64,000 nt of DNA, taken from NCBI GenBank assembly GCA_041602035.1, contig JBFIHA010000007.1, forward strand, positions 86,720 through 150,719, in the 5' to 3' direction. The notes under the pieces were generated by a model. The model was not told the DNA's origin and did no database searches. It saw nothing but the letters and a program-made list of their open reading frames with translations. Origin of the DNA: Gemmatimonadales bacterium (GTDB taxonomy: Bacteria > Gemmatimonadota > Gemmatimonadetes > Gemmatimonadales > GWC2-71-9). Shown in pieces: positions 1 through 8,138 of the stretch. Numbering within the stretch: position 1 is the first letter of the stretch; every line of letters starts with the position of its first letter. A program made the position numbers and the translations under genes.

Positions 1-426
1 GGCGCAGGGCAACAGGGCCGCCAGGAGATCGGCCATGTCGCCGTCCGCCGACGTGCGCACGAGGAAATCGGTGTAGGCACGCGTGGTGGGCCACATCGGC
101 TCCGCTTCGAGGGCCGCCCCCGAGATCCCGAACCGCTCCGCATACGTGCGGTGCAGGGCCATTTCGCTGTTGAGCGTGAGGTCCAGCACCTTGGCGTACC
201 AGCCCATCGCCTCGAGCCGATCGGCCTTGGCCACCGCCCAGGCGAAGATGCGGGCGAACTCCTTGAGGTAACGGTAGTCCTGCAGCACCCAGCGCTTGAA
301 CCGCTCGATCTCGAGCGTGCCGTCCCCGAGCCCGCGCACGAACGGATGCTCGAGTTGTGCGTCCCATATCGGCTTTGCCTTCTCGTAGAGCTGAGCGGAC
401 AGTGACACGGATCCTCGACCGATCAT
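1..426 (-). CDS. tenA: TenA/thiaminase II family protein (N-terminal part; C-terminus lies beyond the window start)
   Basis: Absent from the ORF track because it runs off the edge. My reverse-strand translation from ATG (426-424) reads MIGRGSVSLSAQLYEKAKPIWDAQLEHPFVRGLGDGTLEIERFKRWVLQDYRYLKEFARIFAWAVAKADRLEAMGWYAKVLD. This matches the canonical TenA N-terminus (HPF..L..G.L....F..W..QDY.YL). Confidence 0.8.
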   Translation of the reverse strand, partial: MIGRGSVSLSAQLYEKAKPIWDAQLEHPFVRGLGDGTLEIERFKRWVLQDYRYLKEFARIFAWAVAKADRLEAMGWYAKVLDLTLNSEMALHRTYAERFGISGAALEAEPMWPTTRAYTDFLVRTSADGDMADLLAALLPCA

Positions 427-451
427 GATGTGCGAACCCTTCCCGCTCCCC

Positions 452-1123
452 TCACCCTCCCGGCCACTCCTCCCCCGTGGCCGCCATCTCCCAGAATGCG
501 ATCTCGTACTTCGTCGTGAGCTCGAAGTATTCCGCCATGCTCTCCCGTTCCGCGGGACCGGCCTGCGCGGCGAGGAGATCCAGCTGCTGTCCGAGATAGG
601 CCACGTACTGTGCGAACGCCTCGCCCGCCCAGTTTTCGACGAACGGATACCATTTCGATGCTCGATCGATCCCGGCCTGCACGACCTTCCACGAGTCGTG
701 ATACGCCTTCTCTGCCGCGTAGAGTACGGTGTATCCTTCAGCGTACGAGCCGCGGTGCGCGGTGGCCATGAGGAACTGGATGTAGGCGTGGTTGGTGAAG
801 GAGGGTGGGGCGCCGCGCAGAGCGATCCCGACGGCTTCCGCTCGCTCCTCGAACAGCCTGAGCTCTTTTTCGAGGGCAGTGATCACACCGGCCAGCGGCT
901 CCCAGTGCTCCCTCGGCGCCCTGGCAATGAGGGCGGCGATGAACGGGATGGCAGCTTCGACGAAGAGGTAGTCCTGCCGCATCCAGATGGCGAAGCGTTC
1001 GTCGGATATGGTGCCGTCTCGGGTGTCGCGCAGGAATCGGTGGGCGAGCATCCGCTCCCACAGCGGCCGGATGCGGGCGAGTTGGGTGGCACAGAACGAC
1101 ACGAGAGGCTCCTTGGGGTGCAT
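452..1123 (-). CDS. TenA/heme-oxygenase-like family protein (second tandem copy)
   Basis: Lies within ORF 452..1441. The internal ATG at 1123 gives MHPKEPLVSFCATQLARIRPLWERMLAHRFLRDTRDGTISDERFAIWMRQDYLFVEAAIPFIAALIARAP, a TenA-like pattern. The upstream part of the ORF is low-complexity and probably untranslated. Confidence 0.7.
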   Translation of the reverse strand: MHPKEPLVSFCATQLARIRPLWERMLAHRFLRDTRDGTISDERFAIWMRQDYLFVEAAIPFIAALIARAPREHWEPLAGVITALEKELRLFEERAEAVGIALRGAPPSFTNHAYIQFLMATAHRGSYAEGYTVLYAAEKAYHDSWKVVQAGIDRASKWYPFVENWAGEAFAQYVAYLGQQLDLLAAQAGPAERESMAEYFELTTKYEIAFWEMAATGEEWPGG

Positions 1124-1283
1124 GTCCGCTCCCGATCCCATCGGGATGCCGACCGGGCAGGAACCGGTGACCCAACGGAAACCCGTTCGGCTCGGCTTGG
1201 CAAGCCGGGAGCGGCCTGCTGAAACCGGCACTGGCAGGGGCTCGTAGGGGGGACAACCGGACGTTCGAGACGGGGACCGAACC

Positions 1284-1886
1284 ATGTCCAATTTTCGCAG
1301 ATCATTCATCGTAGTGGGCGCGCCGCTCGTCGTGGCGGCGGGTCTGCTGGTCATCTGGGGTGTCCGAACGGCGTCCTCGCTGAAGGCCCAAGTCGAAGCC
1401 TGGGCGGACAGCCTGGAGCACAGTCCAAACCCCGTGACCATGCGCCTGTCGTTCCTACCGGTCTACATCGGCGGTGGGAAGGTTGGTAAGCTCGAACAGG
1501 TGGTGATTCAGCGTCACGAGCCCGGCACCGTCGACAGCGTGCGCATCGCCATCACGACCTCCGATGAGGCCGACTTGACCGGCCTCGCCGACTGTCACCT
1601 CCACCTGGATCCGGACGCGTTCGACCGCAGCGGGCCGCTCGGCTACAAGCACGCCCTGAGTTGCGTCACGGACACGAGCGAGCTGGTCCGATTCGGGAGT
1701 GTCGCCTTGACGGGGTTGGGAGAGGAGTTCGCTCTGTATCTCGACAGTGCCGACCTGCCGTGTCAGCATATGGCAGAGGACGCCGCGCCGGGGTGCACCG
1801 AATTCCGGCAGCAGATTCGGCGGCTCAAGCAGGAGATCCGCGACGAGATCCGCGTCGACATCCGGCGCAGCGTGCGCGGGCACTGA
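1284..1886 (+). CDS. hypothetical membrane-anchored protein
   Basis: 200-aa ORF with one N-terminal hydrophobic helix (FIVVGAPLVVAAGLLVIWGV). High GC3 coding look. No recognisable family. Confidence 0.5.
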   Translation: MSNFRRSFIVVGAPLVVAAGLLVIWGVRTASSLKAQVEAWADSLEHSPNPVTMRLSFLPVYIGGGKVGKLEQVVIQRHEPGTVDSVRIAITTSDEADLTGLADCHLHLDPDAFDRSGPLGYKHALSCVTDTSELVRFGSVALTGLGEEFALYLDSADLPCQHMAEDAAPGCTEFRQQIRRLKQEIRDEIRVDIRRSVRGH

Positions 1887-1920
1887 GGCAAGTCATTCAC
1901 GCAGCGCGGGGGTACCGCTC

Positions 1921-2322
1921 ATGAGACGGACATCGAGTCTATTTCTCGCCCTGGCCGTGGCGGCCGGCACGGTGGCCTGCGCCGCCAAGGCAAGCGTCGA
2001 CGCTCCACCCCCTGCTCCGGCCCCGCTCGATCCGGTGGGGGTCTACAGCTTCTCGACCCTCTATCAGGGCGAGCCGATGACTGGCCGTATCGTGATTCGC
2101 GGGGCACCGGGCAGCTACACCGGCGTGGTGGAGCCCACGGCCGGGGCGCCGCCGGTCGAGATCTACTCGGTGACCGTGGAGGGCCAGCAGGTGCGGATCC
2201 TCGCCGACGCCGGTGGCGATGATCTCATGATGACAATGACGTTCACCGGCGACCAGTACACTGGCTCGTGGGTGCTGGGCTTCGACTCGGGCGAAATGAC
2301 CGGAACGCGGGTCCAGCAATAG
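1921..2322 (+). CDS. hypothetical lipoprotein
   Basis: Internal ATG of ORF 1747..2322 gives MRRTSSLFLALAVAAGTVAC, a signal peptide plus lipobox Cys. Confidence 0.55.
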   Translation: MRRTSSLFLALAVAAGTVACAAKASVDAPPPAPAPLDPVGVYSFSTLYQGEPMTGRIVIRGAPGSYTGVVEPTAGAPPVEIYSVTVEGQQVRILADAGGDDLMMTMTFTGDQYTGSWVLGFDSGEMTGTRVQQ

Positions 2323-2430
2323 TCGGCGATCATCCCTCAACCGCCCTCGGGTCGTCCAGGCGGCCCGGGGGCGGCGTTGTTTTCCACCATCCCTGGTGGC
2401 CCGGCCCCAGCTCGGGATAGTTTACCGCCA

Positions 2431-4431
2431 ATGCCAGATGCCACGCTGACGACCACCTGCCCCCTCGACTGCCCGGATTCATGCCTGCTCGACGTCACGA
2501 TCGAAGACGGGCGGCTCGTCACGATCACCGGGGCGGCGGATCCCGTCACCGCCGGGTTCGTTTGTGGCAAGGTTCGTCGCTTCGACCGGCAGGTCTATGC
2601 GCCGGAGCGCCTGTCGGACCCGCTCAGGCGATCGGGACCGAAGGGGAGCGGGGCGTTCGAGCCCGTGACGTGGGACGCGGCGATCGACGAGATCGTCACA
2701 CGGTTCCGTGCGATCGCCGACCGGACTGGTGCCGAGGCCATCCTGCCGTATCACTACGGTGGATCCAACGGCGTGCTCACCGACGGATTTCTCGATGCCC
2801 TCTTCTTCGCTCGGCTGGGTGCGTCGCGACTGCTCAAGACCTTGTGCGCCGCGCCGGCGACGGCTGTCGCGACCGGCATGTACGGCAAGATGCCGGGTGT
2901 GGCGTTCGAGCACTACGTCCACGCTCGCTGCATCGTCGTGTGGGGCGGCAACCCCAAGGCCTCCAACATCCATCTGGTACCGTTCATCAAGGAGGCGCGC
3001 CGCCGTGGGGCATTCGTCGCGGTCGTGGATCCCGTCCGCACGTTCGGCGACAGCGAAGCGGACCTGCACCTTGCAGTGCGCCCGGGCACCGATCTGCCGC
3101 TCGCACTCGCCCTGATCCGCCTGTGGCGGGAATGGAAGTGTCTCGACGTCGAGTTCCTGAACCGCCACGCCGTTGGGCTCGACACGCTCCTGAGTGCAGC
3201 GGCGGCGTGGACGCCCGAACGGGCGGCCGACACGACCGGTGTGCCAGCGCCCGATATCGAGACGCTGGCCCGCACGTACGCCGACGCCAGCCCCGCTGTC
3301 ATCCGGTGCGGCTGGGGGCTCGAGCGCAACCGCCATGGCGGGCAGGCGATTGCGGCCATCCTGGCCATGCCGGCCCTGCTCGGCAAGTTCGGGGTCCGGG
3401 GAGGGGGCTACACCCTGAGCAACAGCGGTGCGAGCCGGTTCGACGCCGGACGCGTGCTGGGCACGCCGCCGTGGACGACCCGGGCGGTCAACATGTCTCA
3501 GCTCGGCCGAGTCCTCGGCGGTGAGGCGGACCCGCCGGTCGAGGCGCTCTTTGTGTACAACTGCAACCCGGCGGTCACGGCACCGGACCAGACAAGAGTG
3601 CTCCGCGGACTCGAGCGATCCGAACTGTTCACGGTGGTGCTCGACCAGTTGATGACAGATACGGCACAGTATGCCGACATCATCCTGCCAGCGACTTCGT
3701 TCCCCGAGCACTGGGACGTTCGCGCGTCGTACGGTCGCTTTGCGGTGGGTGCGGTCCGCCCCCTGATTCGGGCTTCCGGCCAGGCGCGATCGAACCACGA
3801 GGTGTTCGGCATGCTCGGCCGAGCCATGGGGTTCGACGATGCGCCGTTCTCGTGGACGCAGGAGGAGGCATACGGGGCGGTCCTGGCCTCACTCGAGCTG
3901 GAGGGCGGGACCCCGCTCGCGCGAGAGGGGGCCGACGCCCTGACCTGGACGCACGACTTCCCTGGGCCGTCGCCCGTCATGTTCGACACGGTCTGGCCCA
4001 GGACAGCCGATGGGAAGGTCCATCTCACTCCAGCCGAACTCGGGTCGGAGCCGTATCGATACCGGGGCGACGCGGATCGGCGTTACCCGCTCGCGCTGAT
4101 CTCGCCGGCCACGTCCCGCACCATCAGCAGCACCATGGGGCAGTACGGGATTCCGGAGCTGTATCTGGAGATCAGTCCGCACGATGCCGCTGCACGGGGA
4201 ATCCACGGGGGGAGCCTCGTGCGGGTGTTCAATACACTGGCGGAAGTGACGTGCCGGGCCCGCGTCACGGACCGCATCCGACGTGGCGTGGTGCTGATCC
4301 CAAAGGGGGCTTGGCGTCGCTCGTCTGACAACCGGCTGACGGCGACGGCCCTGTGCCCGGATCATGTGAATGTCGTTGGGGGCGGGGCGTGCTACAACGA
4401 TGCACGGGTGGAGGTGAAGCTCCGGACGTAA
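2431..4431 (+). CDS. molybdopterin (MopB superfamily) oxidoreductase
   Basis: ORF 2377..4431. The N-terminal CPLDCPDSC (CxxCxxxC) Fe-S motif sits 9 aa after the ATG at 2431. The rest looks like a MopB catalytic domain plus a C-terminal molybdopterin-binding domain. The alternative TTG start is at 2377. Confidence 0.8.
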   Translation: MPDATLTTTCPLDCPDSCLLDVTIEDGRLVTITGAADPVTAGFVCGKVRRFDRQVYAPERLSDPLRRSGPKGSGAFEPVTWDAAIDEIVTRFRAIADRTGAEAILPYHYGGSNGVLTDGFLDALFFARLGASRLLKTLCAAPATAVATGMYGKMPGVAFEHYVHARCIVVWGGNPKASNIHLVPFIKEARRRGAFVAVVDPVRTFGDSEADLHLAVRPGTDLPLALALIRLWREWKCLDVEFLNRHAVGLDTLLSAAAAWTPERAADTTGVPAPDIETLARTYADASPAVIRCGWGLERNRHGGQAIAAILAMPALLGKFGVRGGGYTLSNSGASRFDAGRVLGTPPWTTRAVNMSQLGRVLGGEADPPVEALFVYNCNPAVTAPDQTRVLRGLERSELFTVVLDQLMTDTAQYADIILPATSFPEHWDVRASYGRFAVGAVRPLIRASGQARSNHEVFGMLGRAMGFDDAPFSWTQEEAYGAVLASLELEGGTPLAREGADALTWTHDFPGPSPVMFDTVWPRTADGKVHLTPAELGSEPYRYRGDADRRYPLALISPATSRTISSTMGQYGIPELYLEISPHDAAARGIHGGSLVRVFNTLAEVTCRARVTDRIRRGVVLIPKGAWRRSSDNRLTATALCPDHVNVVGGGACYNDARVEVKLRT

Positions 4432-4467
4432 GCAGGGGACAGGCGGGTTGAACACGCAGAACGGTGA

Positions 4468-4498
4468 GGGGGCGGAGATCCGGTGGGTCTCCGCCCCT
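4468..4498. terminator. GC-rich stem-loop between convergent genes
   Basis: GGGGGCGGAGA (4468-4478) pairs with TCTCCGCCCC (4488-4497) across an 8-9 nt loop. It lies between the stop codons of the molybdoenzyme (+) and the metalloprotease (-). Confidence 0.5.
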
Positions 4499-4545
4499 CG
4501 TCGGTTGCCTTTACGGGCCGTGTTCTGCCTCCTGCGGTGCGCCGC

Positions 4546-7029
4546 CTACCCGTTCGGGTCCAGAGTGCGGTCGATCCTCACGACGGCATCCTGAAGGTGG
4601 AGGCGGCTCGTGACATCGAGGCTGCGGCGCAGCGCCCGCTGGATCTCGCGCTTGAGCGTCTCCAGCTCGCCCCGCACGAACGGTCGGATGTCCGACTGCG
4701 GAACATTGACGGGAGTCACGAAGCTGCTGAACGCCGCCGGCACCGTTGGCGACTGGGTCATCAGGTACTCCATGCGCTCAAGATAGCCACGCTGGAGGTT
4801 GCGTCGATACACGTTGATGGACCGCCCGGCGGCGAGCTCGCTCCAGACGCCGTTGCGGAGGTCTCCCAGCAGCTCACCCAGTGAGTAGGCGTTGAGGCCG
4901 AGCCGGGCTTCACCCTCGATGAGGCGTTGCATGCGACCCGGATCCAGGATGCGATTCACCACGTTCACCTGAGCGGTTCGCATCCGCTCGATGGTACCGA
5001 CGTTTTCAATCCGGCCGAGGACTTCCTCGTTGATGAGCCAGATGGGCGGAGTCAATGCTTGTTGCTCCAGGAACCGCATGGCACGTTGTTGCGTCTCCTT
5101 CGGAACGAACGTGTATACCACGCCAGCTTGATCGTACGTCTTCGGCGTCTGTACGACACCACCAATGTTGGTGGCGACATGCCCCATGTAGCGATTCCAC
5201 TGGCTCAGGACCTGCCCGTACAGCTCCTCCAGCTCGTCGTAGTTCTCCAGTCCCTGATAGCTCCAGCCCACCAGGTTGGGAACGATACGCTTGAGGTTGG
5301 CGATCCCGTACTCGCTCGCCCGCATGGGGTCGTCACCGAGGGCCTCGGTCTGCGAGGTGGGGTCGATGCTACTCCCGCCACCGTAGTGATATGTCGGGTC
5401 GTCGTACCGCTCGCGGATCCACGCATCGAGGGTGGCACGTTCGGCATCGGGCGACGTCGCGTCCACAATGGGGCGGTACCCCCACCGGATCGCGTACTTG
5501 TCGTATGGCCCGACCCCGGGCAGGAAGCACACCCCTTCGTCTTCGGGTTGAGCGACGTAGTTGAAGCGGGCGTAGTCCATGATGGCCGGTGCTGTGCCCA
5601 TGCTGCACGTGAAACTCGCCGACCGGAGTGAATCGACGGGGTACGCGGCGCTCGATTTCATGTTGTGGGGGAGGCCCAACGTGTGTCCCACCTCGTGCGC
5701 CGCCACGAAGCGGATCAGTTCTCCCATCACCGCGTCGTCGAACTTCACGCTTCGCGCCGCCGGGTTCGCCGCCGCCGTCTGAATGAAGTACCAGTTTCGC
5801 AAGAGATTCAGCACGTTGTGGAACCAGCCGATGTCACTCTCCAGGATCTCCCCGGTTCGGGGATCGTGCACGTGCGGTCCGTAGGCGTTCTGCACGGGTG
5901 ACGGGAACCAGCGGATCACGGAGTATCGCACGTCCTCGGGGCTGAACTCCGGATCCTCCTCCGGCGTCGGCGGGTCCTTGGCGACAATCGCGTTCCGGAA
6001 CCCCGCCTCGGCGAAGGCGGCATTCCAGTCCTCGACGCCTCGCTTGAGATATGACCGCCACTTCTCGGGCGTGGCCGGGTCGATGTAGTACACGATGGGC
6101 TTCACGGGCTCGACCAGCTCGCCGCGCCGAAACGCCGCCGTGTCTTTGGGTTCGAGTCTCCAGCGTGTGATGTACCGCCGCGCGGTGACCTTCTGGTCGC
6201 TGCGGCCGTAATCGTTCTGCCGCACGCTGAAGTACCCGACCCGATCGTCACCGAGACGCGCCCGCATCGGCTGCTCCGGGAGCATGACCATCGAGTGGTT
6301 CATCTCCAGCGAGATCGTTCCAGTCGAGGAGTTGCTTGGTGGCTGGTTGGCGTTGTACGTCATGACGACCCGCACCTCGATGTTGCGCGGGAAGCTCTTC
6401 GCCCAGTCGACGAACGTGCGGTCGCGATCGAGGCTGCGGATCTTGAACCGCTCGCGTGCGGAAGAGCTCAGCCCCATCATCGGGATGTCCGTCGTGAAGA
6501 GCTCGGTCACGTCGATCACGGTCGCCAGCGTGTCCGTCTTTGCCGAGTCGAGCGCGAAGGCCTGGATGTCGAACGCCTGGATGATGGGCTCGAAGTTGGA
6601 GTTGCGGACGGCCTGGAAGATGGGAAGCGAGTCGTCGGCCACGTTGGTGTACGATACGTTGCGCAGCAGTACCTTGGTGCCGTGCCGCTGCCACCGCACC
6701 GTTTGCGTGTTGTTTTCCTCACCGCCGTACCCGATGCCGGCCGCCGTGCGGGCCCGTCGCGAGACGAGCAGCATCTCTCGATCCAGCATGCCGAGCGGTA
6801 TCTCGTAGAACAGCTTGTCGTCGATCCGATGGACGATGAAGAGACCCGAGTCGGACTTGGCCTCCTTGGTGATGACTTTGTCGTACGCCTTGATCTCCTT
6901 CTTTGGCGGCTCGGTTGGTCGTTGCTGACCCGCTTGGGGCGTCGGCGCCTGTCGGCCGGCGGCGGAGGCACAGGCCGTGAGGCCGATGGTGCTGAGGAGA
7001 ACGACGAACGCGGACATGACTCGCTGCAT
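4546..7029 (-). CDS. secreted zinc-dependent metalloprotease (DUF5117/DUF4953/DUF5118-type)
   Basis: ORF 4546..7077. Contains the HExxH motif AAHEVGHTLGLPHN. The ATG at 7029 gives MQRVMSAFVVLLSTIGLTAC, a signal peptide with lipobox-like Cys. Size and layout are typical of this family. Confidence 0.8.
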   Translation of the reverse strand: MQRVMSAFVVLLSTIGLTACASAAGRQAPTPQAGQQRPTEPPKKEIKAYDKVITKEAKSDSGLFIVHRIDDKLFYEIPLGMLDREMLLVSRRARTAAGIGYGGEENNTQTVRWQRHGTKVLLRNVSYTNVADDSLPIFQAVRNSNFEPIIQAFDIQAFALDSAKTDTLATVIDVTELFTTDIPMMGLSSSARERFKIRSLDRDRTFVDWAKSFPRNIEVRVVMTYNANQPPSNSSTGTISLEMNHSMVMLPEQPMRARLGDDRVGYFSVRQNDYGRSDQKVTARRYITRWRLEPKDTAAFRRGELVEPVKPIVYYIDPATPEKWRSYLKRGVEDWNAAFAEAGFRNAIVAKDPPTPEEDPEFSPEDVRYSVIRWFPSPVQNAYGPHVHDPRTGEILESDIGWFHNVLNLLRNWYFIQTAAANPAARSVKFDDAVMGELIRFVAAHEVGHTLGLPHNMKSSAAYPVDSLRSASFTCSMGTAPAIMDYARFNYVAQPEDEGVCFLPGVGPYDKYAIRWGYRPIVDATSPDAERATLDAWIRERYDDPTYHYGGGSSIDPTSQTEALGDDPMRASEYGIANLKRIVPNLVGWSYQGLENYDELEELYGQVLSQWNRYMGHVATNIGGVVQTPKTYDQAGVVYTFVPKETQQRAMRFLEQQALTPPIWLINEEVLGRIENVGTIERMRTAQVNVVNRILDPGRMQRLIEGEARLGLNAYSLGELLGDLRNGVWSELAAGRSINVYRRNLQRGYLERMEYLMTQSPTVPAAFSSFVTPVNVPQSDIRPFVRGELETLKREIQRALRRSLDVTSRLHLQDAVVRIDRTLDPNG

Positions 7030-7223
7030 GGCGCTACCCCCAAAGATGCCAAGGGTCTGTGGAATCGTGGCAGTCAACGGCGAGCGGGAAAACTACGTAG
7101 CGGTGGGCGCCGCGCGCCACCCGACGGACTCCTGGCTGTTTCGGTGGATCGGACGTACCGTGGACGGCCCATGCGCGTACCCTCGATGCTCGCGACCTGG
7201 CCGGATGGCCTGGACCCGGACGC

Positions 7224-8138
7224 ATGAAGCCGCCCGCCGTGCGTGAAGGGGCGGCGCTGGCGCGCGTGGCGCTGGGCGCGGTGCTCATCAGCTTCGCGCC
7301 GGTGCTGGTGCGGGTCGCGGATGTGGGGCCCACGCCGGCGGGGTTCTACCGCATGGCGGTGGGTGGAGTGATCCTGGCGGGCGTGGTCGCGGTCCGCCGC
7401 GGACAGTGGCGCGGCGGGAGGAACTACCTCGCCATCGCGGTGGTGAGTGGGGCATGGTTCGCGGCCGATCTGGCCTTCTGGCACCGGAGTATCCACCTGG
7501 TGGGACCGGGCCTCGCGACCATCCTCGCCAACTTCCAGGTGTTCGTGCTCGCCGGGTTCGGCATCGTCATGCTTCGGGAGCACGCGTCCCCCAGGCTGCT
7601 CGTGGCCATCCCACTCGCCGTCACGGGGCTGTTCCTTGTCTTCGGCTTCGACTGGGGAGCGTTGGATGCCGCCTATCGGTGGGGCGTGGCGTTCGGATTG
7701 CTCACAGCGGTGTCGTACGCCTCCTACTTGTTGACGCTCCGTCTGGCGCGCCAACGTGCCGACGGCGCGGATGTCATGGCCACCGTGGCGACGCTATCGC
7801 TCGTGTCGGCCGCCATCCTCGCCGTGTCGGTTCGTCTCGAGGGCGAGACCTTCGCGATCCCCACGGCTGGCACCGCGGGCATCCTGCTCGCCTATGCTGT
7901 GCTGATCCAGGTCATTGCCTGGGTGCTGATCTCCAGTGGCCTACCCCGGCTCGCGGCGTCGCAGGCTGGGCTCCTGCTCCTGCTGCAGCCGACCCTCGCC
8001 TTCGTGTGGGACATCGTACTCTTTCGGCGTCCCACGTCGGCCATCGAGCTCGTCGGTGCCGTGATCACCCTGGGAGCCATCTACCTGGGGCTCACCGGCG
8101 CCCGTCAGCAGCAACCGTCCGGGCCGCAGCAGGTGTAG
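7224..8138 (+). CDS. EamA/DMT family transporter
   Basis: 304-aa polytopic hydrophobic ORF with two EamA-like halves. Its 3' end overlaps the convergent gene 8105..10588 by 34 nt. Confidence 0.75.
   Translation: MKPPAVREGAALARVALGAVLISFAPVLVRVADVGPTPAGFYRMAVGGVILAGVVAVRRGQWRGGRNYLAIAVVSGAWFAADLAFWHRSIHLVGPGLATILANFQVFVLAGFGIVMLREHASPRLLVAIPLAVTGLFLVFGFDWGALDAAYRWGVAFGLLTAVSYASYLLTLRLARQRADGADVMATVATLSLVSAAILAVSVRLEGETFAIPTAGTAGILLAYAVLIQVIAWVLISSGLPRLAASQAGLLLLLQPTLAFVWDIVLFRRPTSAIELVGAVITLGAIYLGLTGARQQQPSGPQQV

Noticed and set aside
1124-1283. Possible TPP (THI-box) riboswitch upstream of the TenA gene on the minus strand.
   Set aside because: I see a weak resemblance (GGUUCCUGCCCGGUCGGCAUCCCG versus the consensus ACCUGAUCCGGGUCAUGCCGG). 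The CUGAGA element and a convincing P1-P5 arrangement are absent. This needs cmscan with the Rfam TPP model.
2323-2430. Moco riboswitch upstream of the molybdoenzyme gene.
   Set aside because: The intergenic region is only about 100 nt, and I cannot recognise the conserved Moco motif. This needs cmscan.
2479-3798. Long antisense or alternative-frame ORFs overlapping confident genes. Examples: 2479..3798(-), 7406..9382(+), 17196..18428(-), 25741..26991(-), 40429..41820(-), 43917..45101(-), 49884..50867(-), 51739..52839(-), 59827..60885(-).
   Set aside because: They are Arg/Pro/Gly/Ala-rich with no recognisable motifs. Each lies opposite or out of frame to an ORF with clear family signatures. 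This is the expected stop-codon-poor shadow effect in high-G+C DNA.
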